Assembly (NCBI GenBank): GCA_050246815.1
Contig: JBFWVI010000003.1
Span: forward strand, 32,001 to 96,000
DNA: 64,000 bases
DNA from: Bdellovibrionales bacterium
Lineage (GTDB): Bacteria; Bdellovibrionota; Bdellovibrionia; Bdellovibrionales; UBA1609
Direction of reading: 5' to 3'
Shown: positions 34,205-42,715 of the stretch, in pieces
Numbering within the stretch: position 1 is the stretch's first letter
How the letters are laid out: each line of letters begins with the position of its first letter
Position numbers and translations under genes: made by a program
Notes under the pieces: generated by a model
What the model was told of the DNA's origin: nothing
The model's input: only the letters and a program-made list of their open reading frames with translations
Databases searched by the model: none

Positions 34205-34762
34205 CTATTTGTTACCTTCTGGGCTGAAGCGGCAGAACACTGTTCCTGCACTGAATGGCCCCTCGGACGTCATAGCCGCAGAGACGATTTTTCCTTGGGC
34301 GTCGCGGGTCAATTTCACCAGATTATCGAAGGTTTTTTCGCGACCAAATTTTTGAGTGTCCTGAAAACGCAATTTGAGATTTTCAGCGCCCGCTTCGCAC
34401 GTAACCACGTTTTGTGAACTCAATAGAGAGTCAATATTGATCAAGGATGAATTGGCGCCCGTGTAAACACGACGAATCTTGGTGCCGGGCTGTACAGAAA
34501 AAGCTTCCATGGAAAACGAAAGACGCTCAACGCCAGTCGGGACACCTTCGCGAGTCTCAACAAAGTGTTCAATGATCAGCTCGCAATCGCGGATAGCGCC
34601 GCCCTCGAAATCCGCCACGCCGGCGACAATTTTTTTTGCATTGGCTTGCAGGCCCAGCGAGCTGGCGACGTTTTGAATACATTGGGCGTTTTCTTGGCCG
34701 GCAAGAGCAAAATTGGACGTGAGGCCAAGGACAAGAATAAAAAATAATTTATTGAATGACAT
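34205..34762 (-). CDS. Secreted hypothetical protein
   Basis: AAGGAG RBS, signal peptide ending FALA, 4 Cys. Confidence 0.75.
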   Translation of the reverse strand: MSFNKLFFILVLGLTSNFALAGQENAQCIQNVASSLGLQANAKKIVAGVADFEGGAIRDCELIIEHFVETREGVPTGVERLSFSMEAFSVQPGTKIRRVYTGANSSLINIDSLLSSQNVVTCEAGAENLKLRFQDTQKFGREKTFDNLVKLTRDAQGKIVSAAMTSEGPFSAGTVFCRFSPEGNK

Positions 34763-35058
34763 AAAAAATCTCCTTCAAATTTTGAGATGAATGCCTATTT
34801 TCAACTGCGAATTTGCAAAAGGGACGCCGATGCTAAAAGGGCCCCATGTGTACGTCGAGCTTTTGAGATGTATTCGCGATGAATGCGACAGACCAAAATT
34901 CAGTCAAACCTGCACTTTTTCTAAGCGGCGAAAAGCGTCCGTGCTGAAGCGAACACTGAAATTTTTATACCAATAAAACTACGGGGTGGCGATCATTTGT
35001 AGGGTATCGATGGCACGCTCTTGGAAGAGCGTGACTATCCATCTTGAAAGGAGAGGCT

Positions 35059-35688
35059 ATGCCACGTTCCCTACTTTTATTCGCACTGATCGCGTCGGCC
35101 CATGCAAGCTTGGCGGCGCCCTATTATGAGCAGGAAAACTGCAATGACCCGAACAAAACATGTCTTTGGGGTACACCTAGCAAGCGCGTCGCCAAAGTCT
35201 TTCAATTGAGCGAAGCTAAAAGCAAAATTGGCAATCGATGCGAATTGTTTGGTATTGCCGTGCAAAATGAAATTGTGCGGGCCAGCCGCCAAATGGGTTT
35301 AAAACCAGGCGCCCTGCAGATTCAAAAATTTACTTACAGAGATCTAATTGATCAACCATCGAATGAAAGCCACAGCATCGATTGCCGCCTTGAAATCCAC
35401 GCCGAAGATGCCAACCTGGTCCTGATTAAAAAAAACACGGGCTGGCACACGTGGATTAACCCCTTCGATCCAAAAGAATGCGTGGCTGACCGCAATAAGC
35501 TGTTTTACGAAAATCCTTTAGCGGTCGGCACCCATTATTTATGGGGGTCCTCACTTCTGCAAGGCTCAATGTGCACCATTGGCTATTACCAGGTGATGAC
35601 CCGCGATGCCTATGAGGCGGAGCGCGCAGAAGCGCGTCGGCAGCAGGCCGAAGAACAGCAAAAACGTGCGCTTGAAAGTGGCGGCTAG
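35059..35688 (+). CDS. Secreted hypothetical protein (Cys-containing)
   Basis: AAGGAGAGG RBS, signal peptide ending ASLA, 6 Cys, helical charged C-terminus. Confidence 0.72.
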   Translation: MPRSLLLFALIASAHASLAAPYYEQENCNDPNKTCLWGTPSKRVAKVFQLSEAKSKIGNRCELFGIAVQNEIVRASRQMGLKPGALQIQKFTYRDLIDQPSNESHSIDCRLEIHAEDANLVLIKKNTGWHTWINPFDPKECVADRNKLFYENPLAVGTHYLWGSSLLQGSMCTIGYYQVMTRDAYEAERAEARRQQAEEQQKRALESGG

Positions 35689-36563
35689 CGGTAGCCCAGT
35701 CCGCTTAAAAATTGCTCGATTTTCAGGTTCACCAGGTCGGGCATATCGAGCTGAGTGCAGTGAGACCCATAGGGCACCATAAGATACTGGCTGCCGCGAA
35801 TTTTTTGGTGCATCTCTTCTTGATAGTGTTGCGGGGTAACTGAGTCGTTTCGCCCCGCAATGATCAACGCCGGAACCGCGATGCGCTCTAAAACTGCGCG
35901 ACCGTCGTAGCCCATCATGTTTTCAAACAAAGTTAAGAAGGCATCCAAATCCATGCTGGCAATTCCGCGGGCATAGATCTCAACATCTTTCAAATGAGTC
36001 AGCTTTAAATTAAAGCCGCCGGCCAAAGCGCTCAGCTGAATGGCCAAGGGATTGTTGACCGCCACCCGCCACAAAAAACTTAAGGTCTCTGGCAGTTTCT
36101 CGTAGCCGTCTTTCACCAGGGTAAAAAACGAAGTCGCCAAATCGCTGCCGAACATTCCCTGTAAAGGATTCGTGGCAAAACCGTTGATGAACACCAGGCT
36201 GTTGATTCGGTCTGGAAACATGTCGTAAGTGCGCACGGCCACTTGGGCGCCGAAGCTATGCCCCCATAGACTGGTGCTTTTGATTTGCAGATGGTCCAAA
36301 AGGCCGCGCAGATCTTGTGCTAAGGCATCGATATTCAACTGTTCGCGGCTGACGGGCATATCGGATTTATGGTGCGCACGATAATCAAACACGATGGTTT
36401 GGTACGAGCGCGAGAAATAGCTAATCTGGTGATTCCAATGGTTGATCAGACAGCCGATTCCATAGGCCATGACCACGGGCGGGCCCTCACCGCGCACCTC
36501 GTAGTAAATCTTGGTGCCGTCGTAACTACGAAAAGTCCCGGTGGATTTTGGCGTCAAATTCAT
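35685..36563 (-). CDS. Alpha/beta fold hydrolase
   Basis: DGTKIYYE, GHSFG nucleophile elbow, GRND, GSH. Confidence 0.9.
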   Translation of the reverse strand: MNLTPKSTGTFRSYDGTKIYYEVRGEGPPVVMAYGIGCLINHWNHQISYFSRSYQTIVFDYRAHHKSDMPVSREQLNIDALAQDLRGLLDHLQIKSTSLWGHSFGAQVAVRTYDMFPDRINSLVFINGFATNPLQGMFGSDLATSFFTLVKDGYEKLPETLSFLWRVAVNNPLAIQLSALAGGFNLKLTHLKDVEIYARGIASMDLDAFLTLFENMMGYDGRAVLERIAVPALIIAGRNDSVTPQHYQEEMHQKIRGSQYLMVPYGSHCTQLDMPDLVNLKIEQFLSGLGYR

Positions 36564-37366
36564 AATACCAGCTCGACTTCGATTCGGGTCGCGCCCACGG
36601 CGATAGTGTCACCGGCCTCAAGCGGCTTCACTCGCGTAGGCTGCCCGTTCACAGTGACCTCTTTAGGATGGTTCGTGCGAAACGTCACGCCTTCGGGGGA
36701 CGGAATTATTTCAAAACACACTTCCGGCGCGCCAGGTTCGAAGATGGGCAGGTCCACCGATTGTGCGCCCGCCCGGCGCGGCCCATAACCCAAGGTCCAC
36801 ACTGTCTCTGCCTGCAGTCCGCCGATGAAGTTCAAACGAACGGCCGGGTGAAGCGGGGCCACCGCTTTGGGCTGGTCTTTTAATTCGTGCAAAACCTCTT
36901 CTATAAAACTGGCAAGTAGGTGGTTCCAGCGGTCCTCTTGTCGTACGACAGGATCGACCACCGGATTGGCGGTTAAGGTCCATTCTGGCGCACCCAAAAC
37001 AGCATCGCCGGGCTGGGGTTCAGCCGCTTTGATTTTGGCTTTCGGCTGAGGTGGCGGAGTGGGGACAGACTTGGCTTTGACGGCTTCTTTGACGACTGTG
37101 AAATCTGTATTGCCAATTTGAAAGGAAATCCCGTCTTTCAGGGTGATCTGCATGACTCGTTCGCCATGCAGTCGCAGACCGTTCTTTGAGCCGTTGTCCA
37201 TCAGCACCAGGCGCCCCTCGGTTTCGACCACAAATGCGTGTAATGAGGAGGCTTTTGCATCATCCAGGCGCACGTCCCCTTTGCTGCGGCCGATGCCGAA
37301 GCCCGGGGCCAGAGTGAATTCTTGGCCTTTTAAGGGACCATTGAGAACCTTTAGTTTGAGCGCCAT
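36560..37366 (-). CDS. FHA-domain protein (N-terminal FHA, Pro-rich linker, degenerate C-terminal FHA)
   Basis: IGRS..SSLHA..DNGSKNG; C-terminal VNG..LEAGDTIAVG. Confidence 0.85.
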   Translation of the reverse strand: MALKLKVLNGPLKGQEFTLAPGFGIGRSKGDVRLDDAKASSLHAFVVETEGRLVLMDNGSKNGLRLHGERVMQITLKDGISFQIGNTDFTVVKEAVKAKSVPTPPPQPKAKIKAAEPQPGDAVLGAPEWTLTANPVVDPVVRQEDRWNHLLASFIEEVLHELKDQPKAVAPLHPAVRLNFIGGLQAETVWTLGYGPRRAGAQSVDLPIFEPGAPEVCFEIIPSPEGVTFRTNHPKEVTVNGQPTRVKPLEAGDTIAVGATRIEVELVL

Positions 37367-37486
37367 GTTTTGAATATAACTGAGAAATAAGCCATCAACC
37401 AGGATTCTGGTTGTCCCTGGCCCAAGCGCCATGCTAGACCGACCAATCTCAATGTTGAAAAGTCCGCAGGTGCGGCCTTTTTATTA

Positions 37487-37536
37487 ATCCTTGCTCTTGG
37501 CGTCATAGGGTTGCCGGGGGCTTGAACCGAAAGGAT
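37487..37536 (+). ncRNA. S6:S18 ribosomal protein leader (cis-regulatory RNA)
   Basis: ATCCTT(37487-92) pairs with SD AAGGAT(37531-36); inner stem GCTCTTGGC/GCCGGGGGC; unpaired CCG at 37527-29; directly 5' of rpsF. Confidence 0.7.
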
Positions 37537-37542
37537 GGTCCT

Positions 37543-38094
37543 GTGAGCACAGAGACTATGGCTCAAATCCGTAAGTACGAAGGCGTTGTGATTATGCATC
37601 CCGATGCCAGCGAAGATGAACAAAAAGCGTTGTTTCGCAAAAACGCTGAAATCATCAAGTCGTTCAAGGGTGAAATGAATCACTTGGACACTTGGGGTCG
37701 CCGTCGTCTGGCGAATCCGATCAACAAACTGAACCGTGGCACTTATTTTCACGCCACATTCACGGGCAAAGGCGAAGTGATCGCCGAGCTTGAGCGCACT
37801 ATGCGCATCAACGACCGCGTGCTGCGTTTTTCGCACACCCGTTTGGATGATCGTGTCAGCTTGCCGAAATTCGTTGAAGAATTTAAGGCTGCATTGACCG
37901 AAACCATGAAACGCGAAAGCGAGCGCGAAGCCAAAGCGCAAGCGCGGCGCCAGCAGGCCATGCAGAACCGTGATGGCGGAGGCTTCCGCGAAGGCGGACG
38001 CGAGGATCGCGAGGGCGGCGGTGGCCGTGAGCGCGGCGGCGGGCGTCGTGGTCGAGACTTCGACGGCGGCGGCGACGAAGGCGACATGGAATAA
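37543..38094 (+). CDS. rpsF: 30S ribosomal protein S6 with long coiled-coil and RGG/acidic tail
   Basis: RKYE...WGRRRLANPINK...ELER..RINDRVLR; start GTG 37543 or ATG 37558. Confidence 0.95.
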   Translation: MSTETMAQIRKYEGVVIMHPDASEDEQKALFRKNAEIIKSFKGEMNHLDTWGRRRLANPINKLNRGTYFHATFTGKGEVIAELERTMRINDRVLRFSHTRLDDRVSLPKFVEEFKAALTETMKRESEREAKAQARRQQAMQNRDGGGFREGGREDREGGGGRERGGGRRGRDFDGGGDEGDME

Positions 38095-38118
38095 CGGCGA
38101 ACAGCACGCGGTAAATGA

Positions 38119-39018
38119 ATGATGCTTTCTCCTAAACGAAGATTATTTTCGGTCATGATGCTGGCCTCTTGGTCGGTGTTGTTGACCGCTTTAACAGGTG
38201 TGGTGGGCAGTGTTCCACTGCGCGGTCTTCGTTTGGCGGCGGGAAGCACGCTTTACTGGGTTCTGGGCCTTAGTTCGGCAGCGCTGCTGGGTTTGGGTGG
38301 ATGGTGGATGCTTGGGCTACTGATGGTGGCTATGGTTACCGTGATTGGCTTGTTTTCGGAGTTTGAAGAGCGGGGTCACACCCTTGTGGGCTCGAGCTTT
38401 GGCGCCGTGATCATCACCAGCCTGATGTTGGCCGGAGCCTTTGCGTTTTGGGTGTCGCAACAGGGCGCCTCTTGGTCGTCCACGTTTATTAGCAAAACCG
38501 AGGCTTACTTAGCCGCGGTGCCGGGTTGGACAGAAACCGTGAAGGTTGAAGCCAAAGACCTGCTGGCGCAAATGCCGTCGGCGGTGGTTGTGGTTTTGAT
38601 CTTAGGCCTGTTCTTATCCTTGTTGTTTCAGCGTCGAGTGATGTTGATGGTGGGAGTTCGTCCCAACCCATCTCATCGTCTGACCCGCTTCACTGTTCCA
38701 GACGCCTTTATTTGGGTGTTGGTGGCGGGACTTGCCGGGACGTTTTTGGCCAGCAAAATGACGCTGGTCACGGCAGTGGGCCTGAATTTGCTAAATGTGG
38801 CCGTGGTGGTTTTTTACCTGCAGGGATTAGCGGTTGTGGCCAGCTACTTTGAAACATTTCGAGTGGGTTGGTTTTGGCAGATGCTGATCATGGTGCTGTT
38901 GGTGACCCAGCTGTTTATTTTAGTCAGTGTGATTGGCCTGTTGGATTATTGGGTGAATATCCGCGCTCGCCTAGCCAAGCGAGCAAAAGAACTTGAACAA
39001 GAAATTTTTAAAAAGTGA
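38119..39018 (+). CDS. DUF2232 (YybS-like) membrane protein
   Basis: Polytopic; YLQGLAVV and IGLLDYW.NIR motifs; between rpsF and rplI. Confidence 0.85.
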   Translation: MMLSPKRRLFSVMMLASWSVLLTALTGVVGSVPLRGLRLAAGSTLYWVLGLSSAALLGLGGWWMLGLLMVAMVTVIGLFSEFEERGHTLVGSSFGAVIITSLMLAGAFAFWVSQQGASWSSTFISKTEAYLAAVPGWTETVKVEAKDLLAQMPSAVVVVLILGLFLSLLFQRRVMLMVGVRPNPSHRLTRFTVPDAFIWVLVAGLAGTFLASKMTLVTAVGLNLLNVAVVVFYLQGLAVVASYFETFRVGWFWQMLIMVLLVTQLFILVSVIGLLDYWVNIRARLAKRAKELEQEIFKK

Positions 39019-39025
39019 GGCCGTT

Positions 39026-39469
39026 ATGAAAGTAATTCTGCAAAAAGACGTGAAGAACGTTGGTAAAGTCGGTGATTTGGTGAACGTGAAAGACGGGTTT
39101 GCCCGCAACTTCCTGTTCCCGCGCAAGCTGGCTTCTGAAGCCAATGAAAATAGCATCAAAGAATGGACGCACTTGCAAAAGGTGGCGGAAGTTCGTCGCA
39201 AAAAAGCCGTTGCCGAGCGCCAAGAGACGGTTCAAAAGCTGCAAGGCGTGACCCTGACTTTTAAGTCAGAGGCCGGCGCAGGCGATAAACTTTTCGGTTC
39301 GATCACCAGTCTGGATATTTCGAACCAACTGGAAAAGTTTGGCCACTCGGTCGACAAGCGCGACATCCACATCGAAGAGGCGATCAAGGTTTTGGGTCAA
39401 CACAAAGCTCAAGTGAAACTGGGCGACGGCGTCGTAGCCGAACTGACCATCGTCGTCGAACGAGTGTAG
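39026..39469 (+). CDS. rplI: 50S ribosomal protein L9
   Basis: MKVIL..VKDGFARNFLFP, KLFGSIT. Confidence 0.97.
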   Translation: MKVILQKDVKNVGKVGDLVNVKDGFARNFLFPRKLASEANENSIKEWTHLQKVAEVRRKKAVAERQETVQKLQGVTLTFKSEAGAGDKLFGSITSLDISNQLEKFGHSVDKRDIHIEEAIKVLGQHKAQVKLGDGVVAELTIVVERV

Positions 39470-39520
39470 GCCCTTCTTTTTCTGTCTGCACCGCGTAAAC
39501 AGAGGCTATGTTCAATCCTG

Positions 39521-39558
39521 AAATCAAAATGCCGCCTTACAGGCGGCATTTTGATTTT
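39521..39558. terminator. Bidirectional intrinsic terminator
   Basis: 17-bp perfect stem AAATCAAAATGCCGCCT-TAC-AGGCGGCATTTTGATTT between convergent units. Confidence 0.8.
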
Positions 39559-39710
39559 GTAGTCACCATGACCACGGCCAAGGTCACTTTCTTATAGTGG
39601 TTCCGCGGGAGTTTTTTTATGCACGAACAGGTTATCTGTTCCGAATTCAACGGCAAGCAGGACTCTTTTAACTACACCGAATTGTTGTTTCAGATCATAA
39701 CGACGGACAA

Positions 39711-39917
39711 TTAAAGATCGGCTGTCTTAAGTTCTTGTTTGGCCTGAAGCAGAGTTTCTTGCAAGAATTCGGCAAGAACTTCGCGCAAGTGCTCCATGGT
39801 AAATTGAGTGGGGCTTAGTCCCCGCTTTTGTAAAAGGTTGCGCAGTTCGTCTTCAACCCAAGCTTTGGGTAGGCCTGTGGCAGCAGCCAATTGAGAAATG
39901 AGTGCATCGCCTTCCAT
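39711..39917 (-). CDS. Small helical hypothetical protein (68 aa)
   Basis: AAGGGG RBS, ATG; MEGDALISQLAAATGLP...; downstream of dnaB. Confidence 0.7.
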   Translation of the reverse strand: MEGDALISQLAAATGLPKAWVEDELRNLLQKRGLSPTQFTMEHLREVLAEFLQETLLQAKQELKTADL

Positions 39918-40119
39918 GGAGACCCCTTGCCGTCCTGCCAATCCGTGGCGAAGGACTTAAATGACTGACAACTCAATTGAAGCAATCGGTGAGTCCAGGG
40001 GCCAGTCTGGCCCAAAGAGGTAGCAATATTCTGGACGAAAGCTTGGGTTAAAACTCGACCAAAGCCGTGAAAAGAGGCGAACTTTAGTGCAAAGTTATAG
40101 GGTGAGAAAGAAGCAGCGA

Positions 40120-41571
40120 CTACCCAGGAGCGAAGTTGGTGGGTTTACGGGGGCCGCCTCCTTGCGGCGGGCCACCGGAACCAGAGGATGACGAGCGCGA
40201 AATGTTGGGTGGGGGCGCCTCGGGCATGGGGGCGTTAGGGCCCTGGATCAGGTTATCGAACAGGCCGAACTCTGGCATCCAGCGTAGTTTGACAGTGTCG
40301 GTCGGCCCGTTACGCTGTTTGCCGATGATCACTTCAGCGTGACCTTTAATCTCGGGATTGTCGCGATCATAATAGTCTTCGCGATAAAGCATCATGATCA
40401 CGTCGGCATCTTGTTCGATGGATCCTGATTCGCGTAAATCCGAAAGCATCGGACGGCGGTCCGAGCGTCCCTCCACGCCCCGATTTAGCTGGGCGAGTGC
40501 GATCACAGGAACTTTTAATTCTTTAGCGATGGACTTCAGAAGCTTCGATATTTCCGAGACCTCTTGCTGACGGTTTTCGATTTTTTGCTTCATGTTCATG
40601 AGTTGCAAATAATCGACGATGATCATGTCTAGGCCATGGGTCGCTTTAAGGCGGCGGGCTTTGGCACGGATCTCGAAAGGGCTGATGCCCGAGGTGTCAT
40701 CGATAAAGAGGCTGGTCTCGCTCATGGCGGCTGCCGTGTTGATCAGGCGAGGCCAGGCCTTATCGTCGATTTGACCAATGCGCAAATCGCCCAGGCGCAC
40801 TTTGGCGGCGCTGGCCAATAGACGAATCATCACCTGCTCTTTGGCCATCTCGACCGAGAAGTAGGCGATTTTCTTTTTCTCTTTCATGGCGGCATGCATG
40901 GTCACGTTCAAGCTAAACGCGGTTTTACCCATGGACGGACGGGCCGCGATAATAATGAATTCGCCGGGCTGAAAGCCGGCAGTCAGATCGTCCAATTCAA
41001 GAAAGCCGCTCGGCACACCCGTGACCTTAAGTTTTTGAGCATAAAGCTCTTCGATTTTTTCGAGGCTGGTTTTAACCAACTCGCTGGCGTCGACAAGCCC
41101 CTGTGAGCCGCGCGCCTGGCTGACTTGGAAGATTTGCTGCTCAACGGAATCCAAAAAGCCCGTGATTTCCTCAAAGTCGGGATTAAAAGCCCGCTCAATG
41201 AAGCCCTGGCTGACGCTGACCACCTGACGCAAAACGGACTTGTCGCGTACGATACGTGCGTAAGACTGAATATTGAAGGCCGAGGGTGTTTGATCCATGA
41301 TTTCCGCCAAGTAAGACGGGCCACCCATTGACTCCAATTCGCCATGTTCAGATAAATAATTCGAGACAGTCATCAGATCGGCGGCCTGCTGGCGCTTATT
41401 CAAGGCCTGAATGCTTAAAAATATTTTACGATGTGCGGGCTTATAAAAATCTTCGGCACTGATGATTTCGGCCACATCATCCCAGCGATCCGGCGCGATC
41501 ATGAGCCCGCCCAAAACGGCTTGTTCGGCTTCTAGATGTTGGGGTGGCACACGCTGATCAAGCGAACTCAC
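40120..41571 (-). CDS. dnaB: Replicative DNA helicase DnaB
   Basis: PPQHLEAEQAVLG, ARPSMGKT, DYLQL, SDLRESGSIEQDAD, KQRNGP; GTG start after GGAGG. Confidence 0.98.
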   Translation of the reverse strand: MSSLDQRVPPQHLEAEQAVLGGLMIAPDRWDDVAEIISAEDFYKPAHRKIFLSIQALNKRQQAADLMTVSNYLSEHGELESMGGPSYLAEIMDQTPSAFNIQSYARIVRDKSVLRQVVSVSQGFIERAFNPDFEEITGFLDSVEQQIFQVSQARGSQGLVDASELVKTSLEKIEELYAQKLKVTGVPSGFLELDDLTAGFQPGEFIIIAARPSMGKTAFSLNVTMHAAMKEKKKIAYFSVEMAKEQVMIRLLASAAKVRLGDLRIGQIDDKAWPRLINTAAAMSETSLFIDDTSGISPFEIRAKARRLKATHGLDMIIVDYLQLMNMKQKIENRQQEVSEISKLLKSIAKELKVPVIALAQLNRGVEGRSDRRPMLSDLRESGSIEQDADVIMMLYREDYYDRDNPEIKGHAEVIIGKQRNGPTDTVKLRWMPEFGLFDNLIQGPNAPMPEAPPPNISRSSSSGSGGPPQGGGPRKPTNFAPG

Positions 41572-41652
41572 GAAGGGTATCCTCCAAAAGACAAATGTGC
41601 GGGCCGTAATCAAAGATGAGCGAGCTTAAGCTGACCCGCCGATGCTGAAAAA

Positions 41653-41958
41653 CTAAACGGGTTGAGATTTATTTCTAACCCGAATTTTATAGGTATCAAT
41701 CTTTTTCTTTAGCGTGTTGCGATTGATTCCAAGCATTCGCGCGGTGCGGACCTGATTGCCGTTATAGGCGCGCAAAGCCAATTCGATCAAGGGGCGCTCC
41801 ACTTGCTCCAAGACAATCTGATGCAAATTTTCAAGGTCCACCTGGGCCTCTTCGCGCTGCAAAAATAAAACTTCAAGCTTGCTTTTCACCAAACGCTCAA
41901 GGCTTACGGTTTGCAGATTCGCCACTAGCAAATTGTCGGATTGGTTTGCATTCGACAT
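41653..41958 (-). CDS. fis: Fis-family nucleoid-associated/HTH protein
   Basis: VERPLIELAL..GNQVRTARMLGINRNTLKKK Fis HTH; stand-alone ~100 aa. Confidence 0.85.
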   Translation of the reverse strand: MSNANQSDNLLVANLQTVSLERLVKSKLEVLFLQREEAQVDLENLHQIVLEQVERPLIELALRAYNGNQVRTARMLGINRNTLKKKIDTYKIRVRNKSQPV

Positions 41959-42000
41959 ATCCTTTAGACCCCCCACGCGCTTCAGGATACGGGCGTTTTT

Positions 42001-42639
42001 CTAAACGCCTCGCTGACGTTCTGACCAAATATACTTATGCAGCTGCAATTGCAACCGGGCCGGTGATTTCTGCAGAAGAATTTTTTCTGCAAGCCATTGG
42101 GGAGCAATTTGATTGAATGATGGGCTGTATAAAACGTTGAAATTTTCAAAGAGACGGTTTTCACGCGAAAATTCTTCTGCCCAAAGAAAATCCTTCTCGG
42201 AGCAAATCACAAATTTGAATTCAATGTTTTTGTCTTCAAGTTGCAAATTTTCTTTCGAGAACTTTCCGAATTCGCCGCTATCGGGTGTTTTTATATCGAT
42301 AATTTTGCGCACGCGCGGATCAACTGATTTGCACGACAGATCACCACTTGTTTCCAAAGAGACTGTGTAATTCAGGTCACACAGTTGGCGCATCAAATCC
42401 CCGACTTCAGGCTGGAGCAAGGGCTCACCACCGGTCAGGCAAATGTGTTTTGCCTGATACTTTTGAATCTCTGCCAAGATGGCCGCATGATCCATTTTAC
42501 GACCTTCGTAATAGGCATAGGTTGTGTCACAATAAGTACAGCGCAGATGGCAGCCCGAAGTGCGCACAAACACCGTGGGAAAACCCACTAAAGAAGACTC
42601 GCCTTGAATACTGTAGAAAATCTCGTTAATTTTCAGCAC
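42001..42639 (-). CDS. queE: 7-carboxy-7-deazaguanine synthase QueE (radical SAM)
   Basis: EIFYSIQGE, CHLRCTYCDT, TGGEP, LETSG, QLHK. Confidence 0.9.
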   Translation of the reverse strand: MLKINEIFYSIQGESSLVGFPTVFVRTSGCHLRCTYCDTTYAYYEGRKMDHAAILAEIQKYQAKHICLTGGEPLLQPEVGDLMRQLCDLNYTVSLETSGDLSCKSVDPRVRKIIDIKTPDSGEFGKFSKENLQLEDKNIEFKFVICSEKDFLWAEEFSRENRLFENFNVLYSPSFNQIAPQWLAEKILLQKSPARLQLQLHKYIWSERQRGV

Positions 42640-42715
42640 GGCGCAACATAGATACCTCAGGAGCGGCTCAAAATCCAGACTTTCAATCGCCTTTTTGCTT
42701 CCGTAAACTGTCGGA

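Noticed and set aside
35011..35026. TGGCACGCTCTTGGAA as a sigma54 promoter (similar at ~32274)
   Set aside because: The -12 element is TTGG not TTGC and the spacing is one base short; sigma54 spacing is strict
34763..35043. Riboswitch or sRNA in the long divergent intergenic region
   Set aside because: No recognisable family motif by eye; needs a covariance-model scan
37970..38090. GGC/GAG-rich repeats (also GAA-rich 46810-46867) as tandem repeat or CRISPR
   Set aside because: Explained by low-complexity protein tails; no repeat-spacer periodicity or cas genes
37351..38249. Long antisense ORFs (196 aa, 166 aa) over rpsF
   Set aside because: Shadow frames of a highly expressed gene; no motifs or RBS
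40120..41571. Intein in dnaB (or gyrA/gyrB)
   Set aside because: Lengths are normal, motifs are contiguous, and there are no splice-junction residues; the GyrB extra segment matches the known TOPRIM insertion
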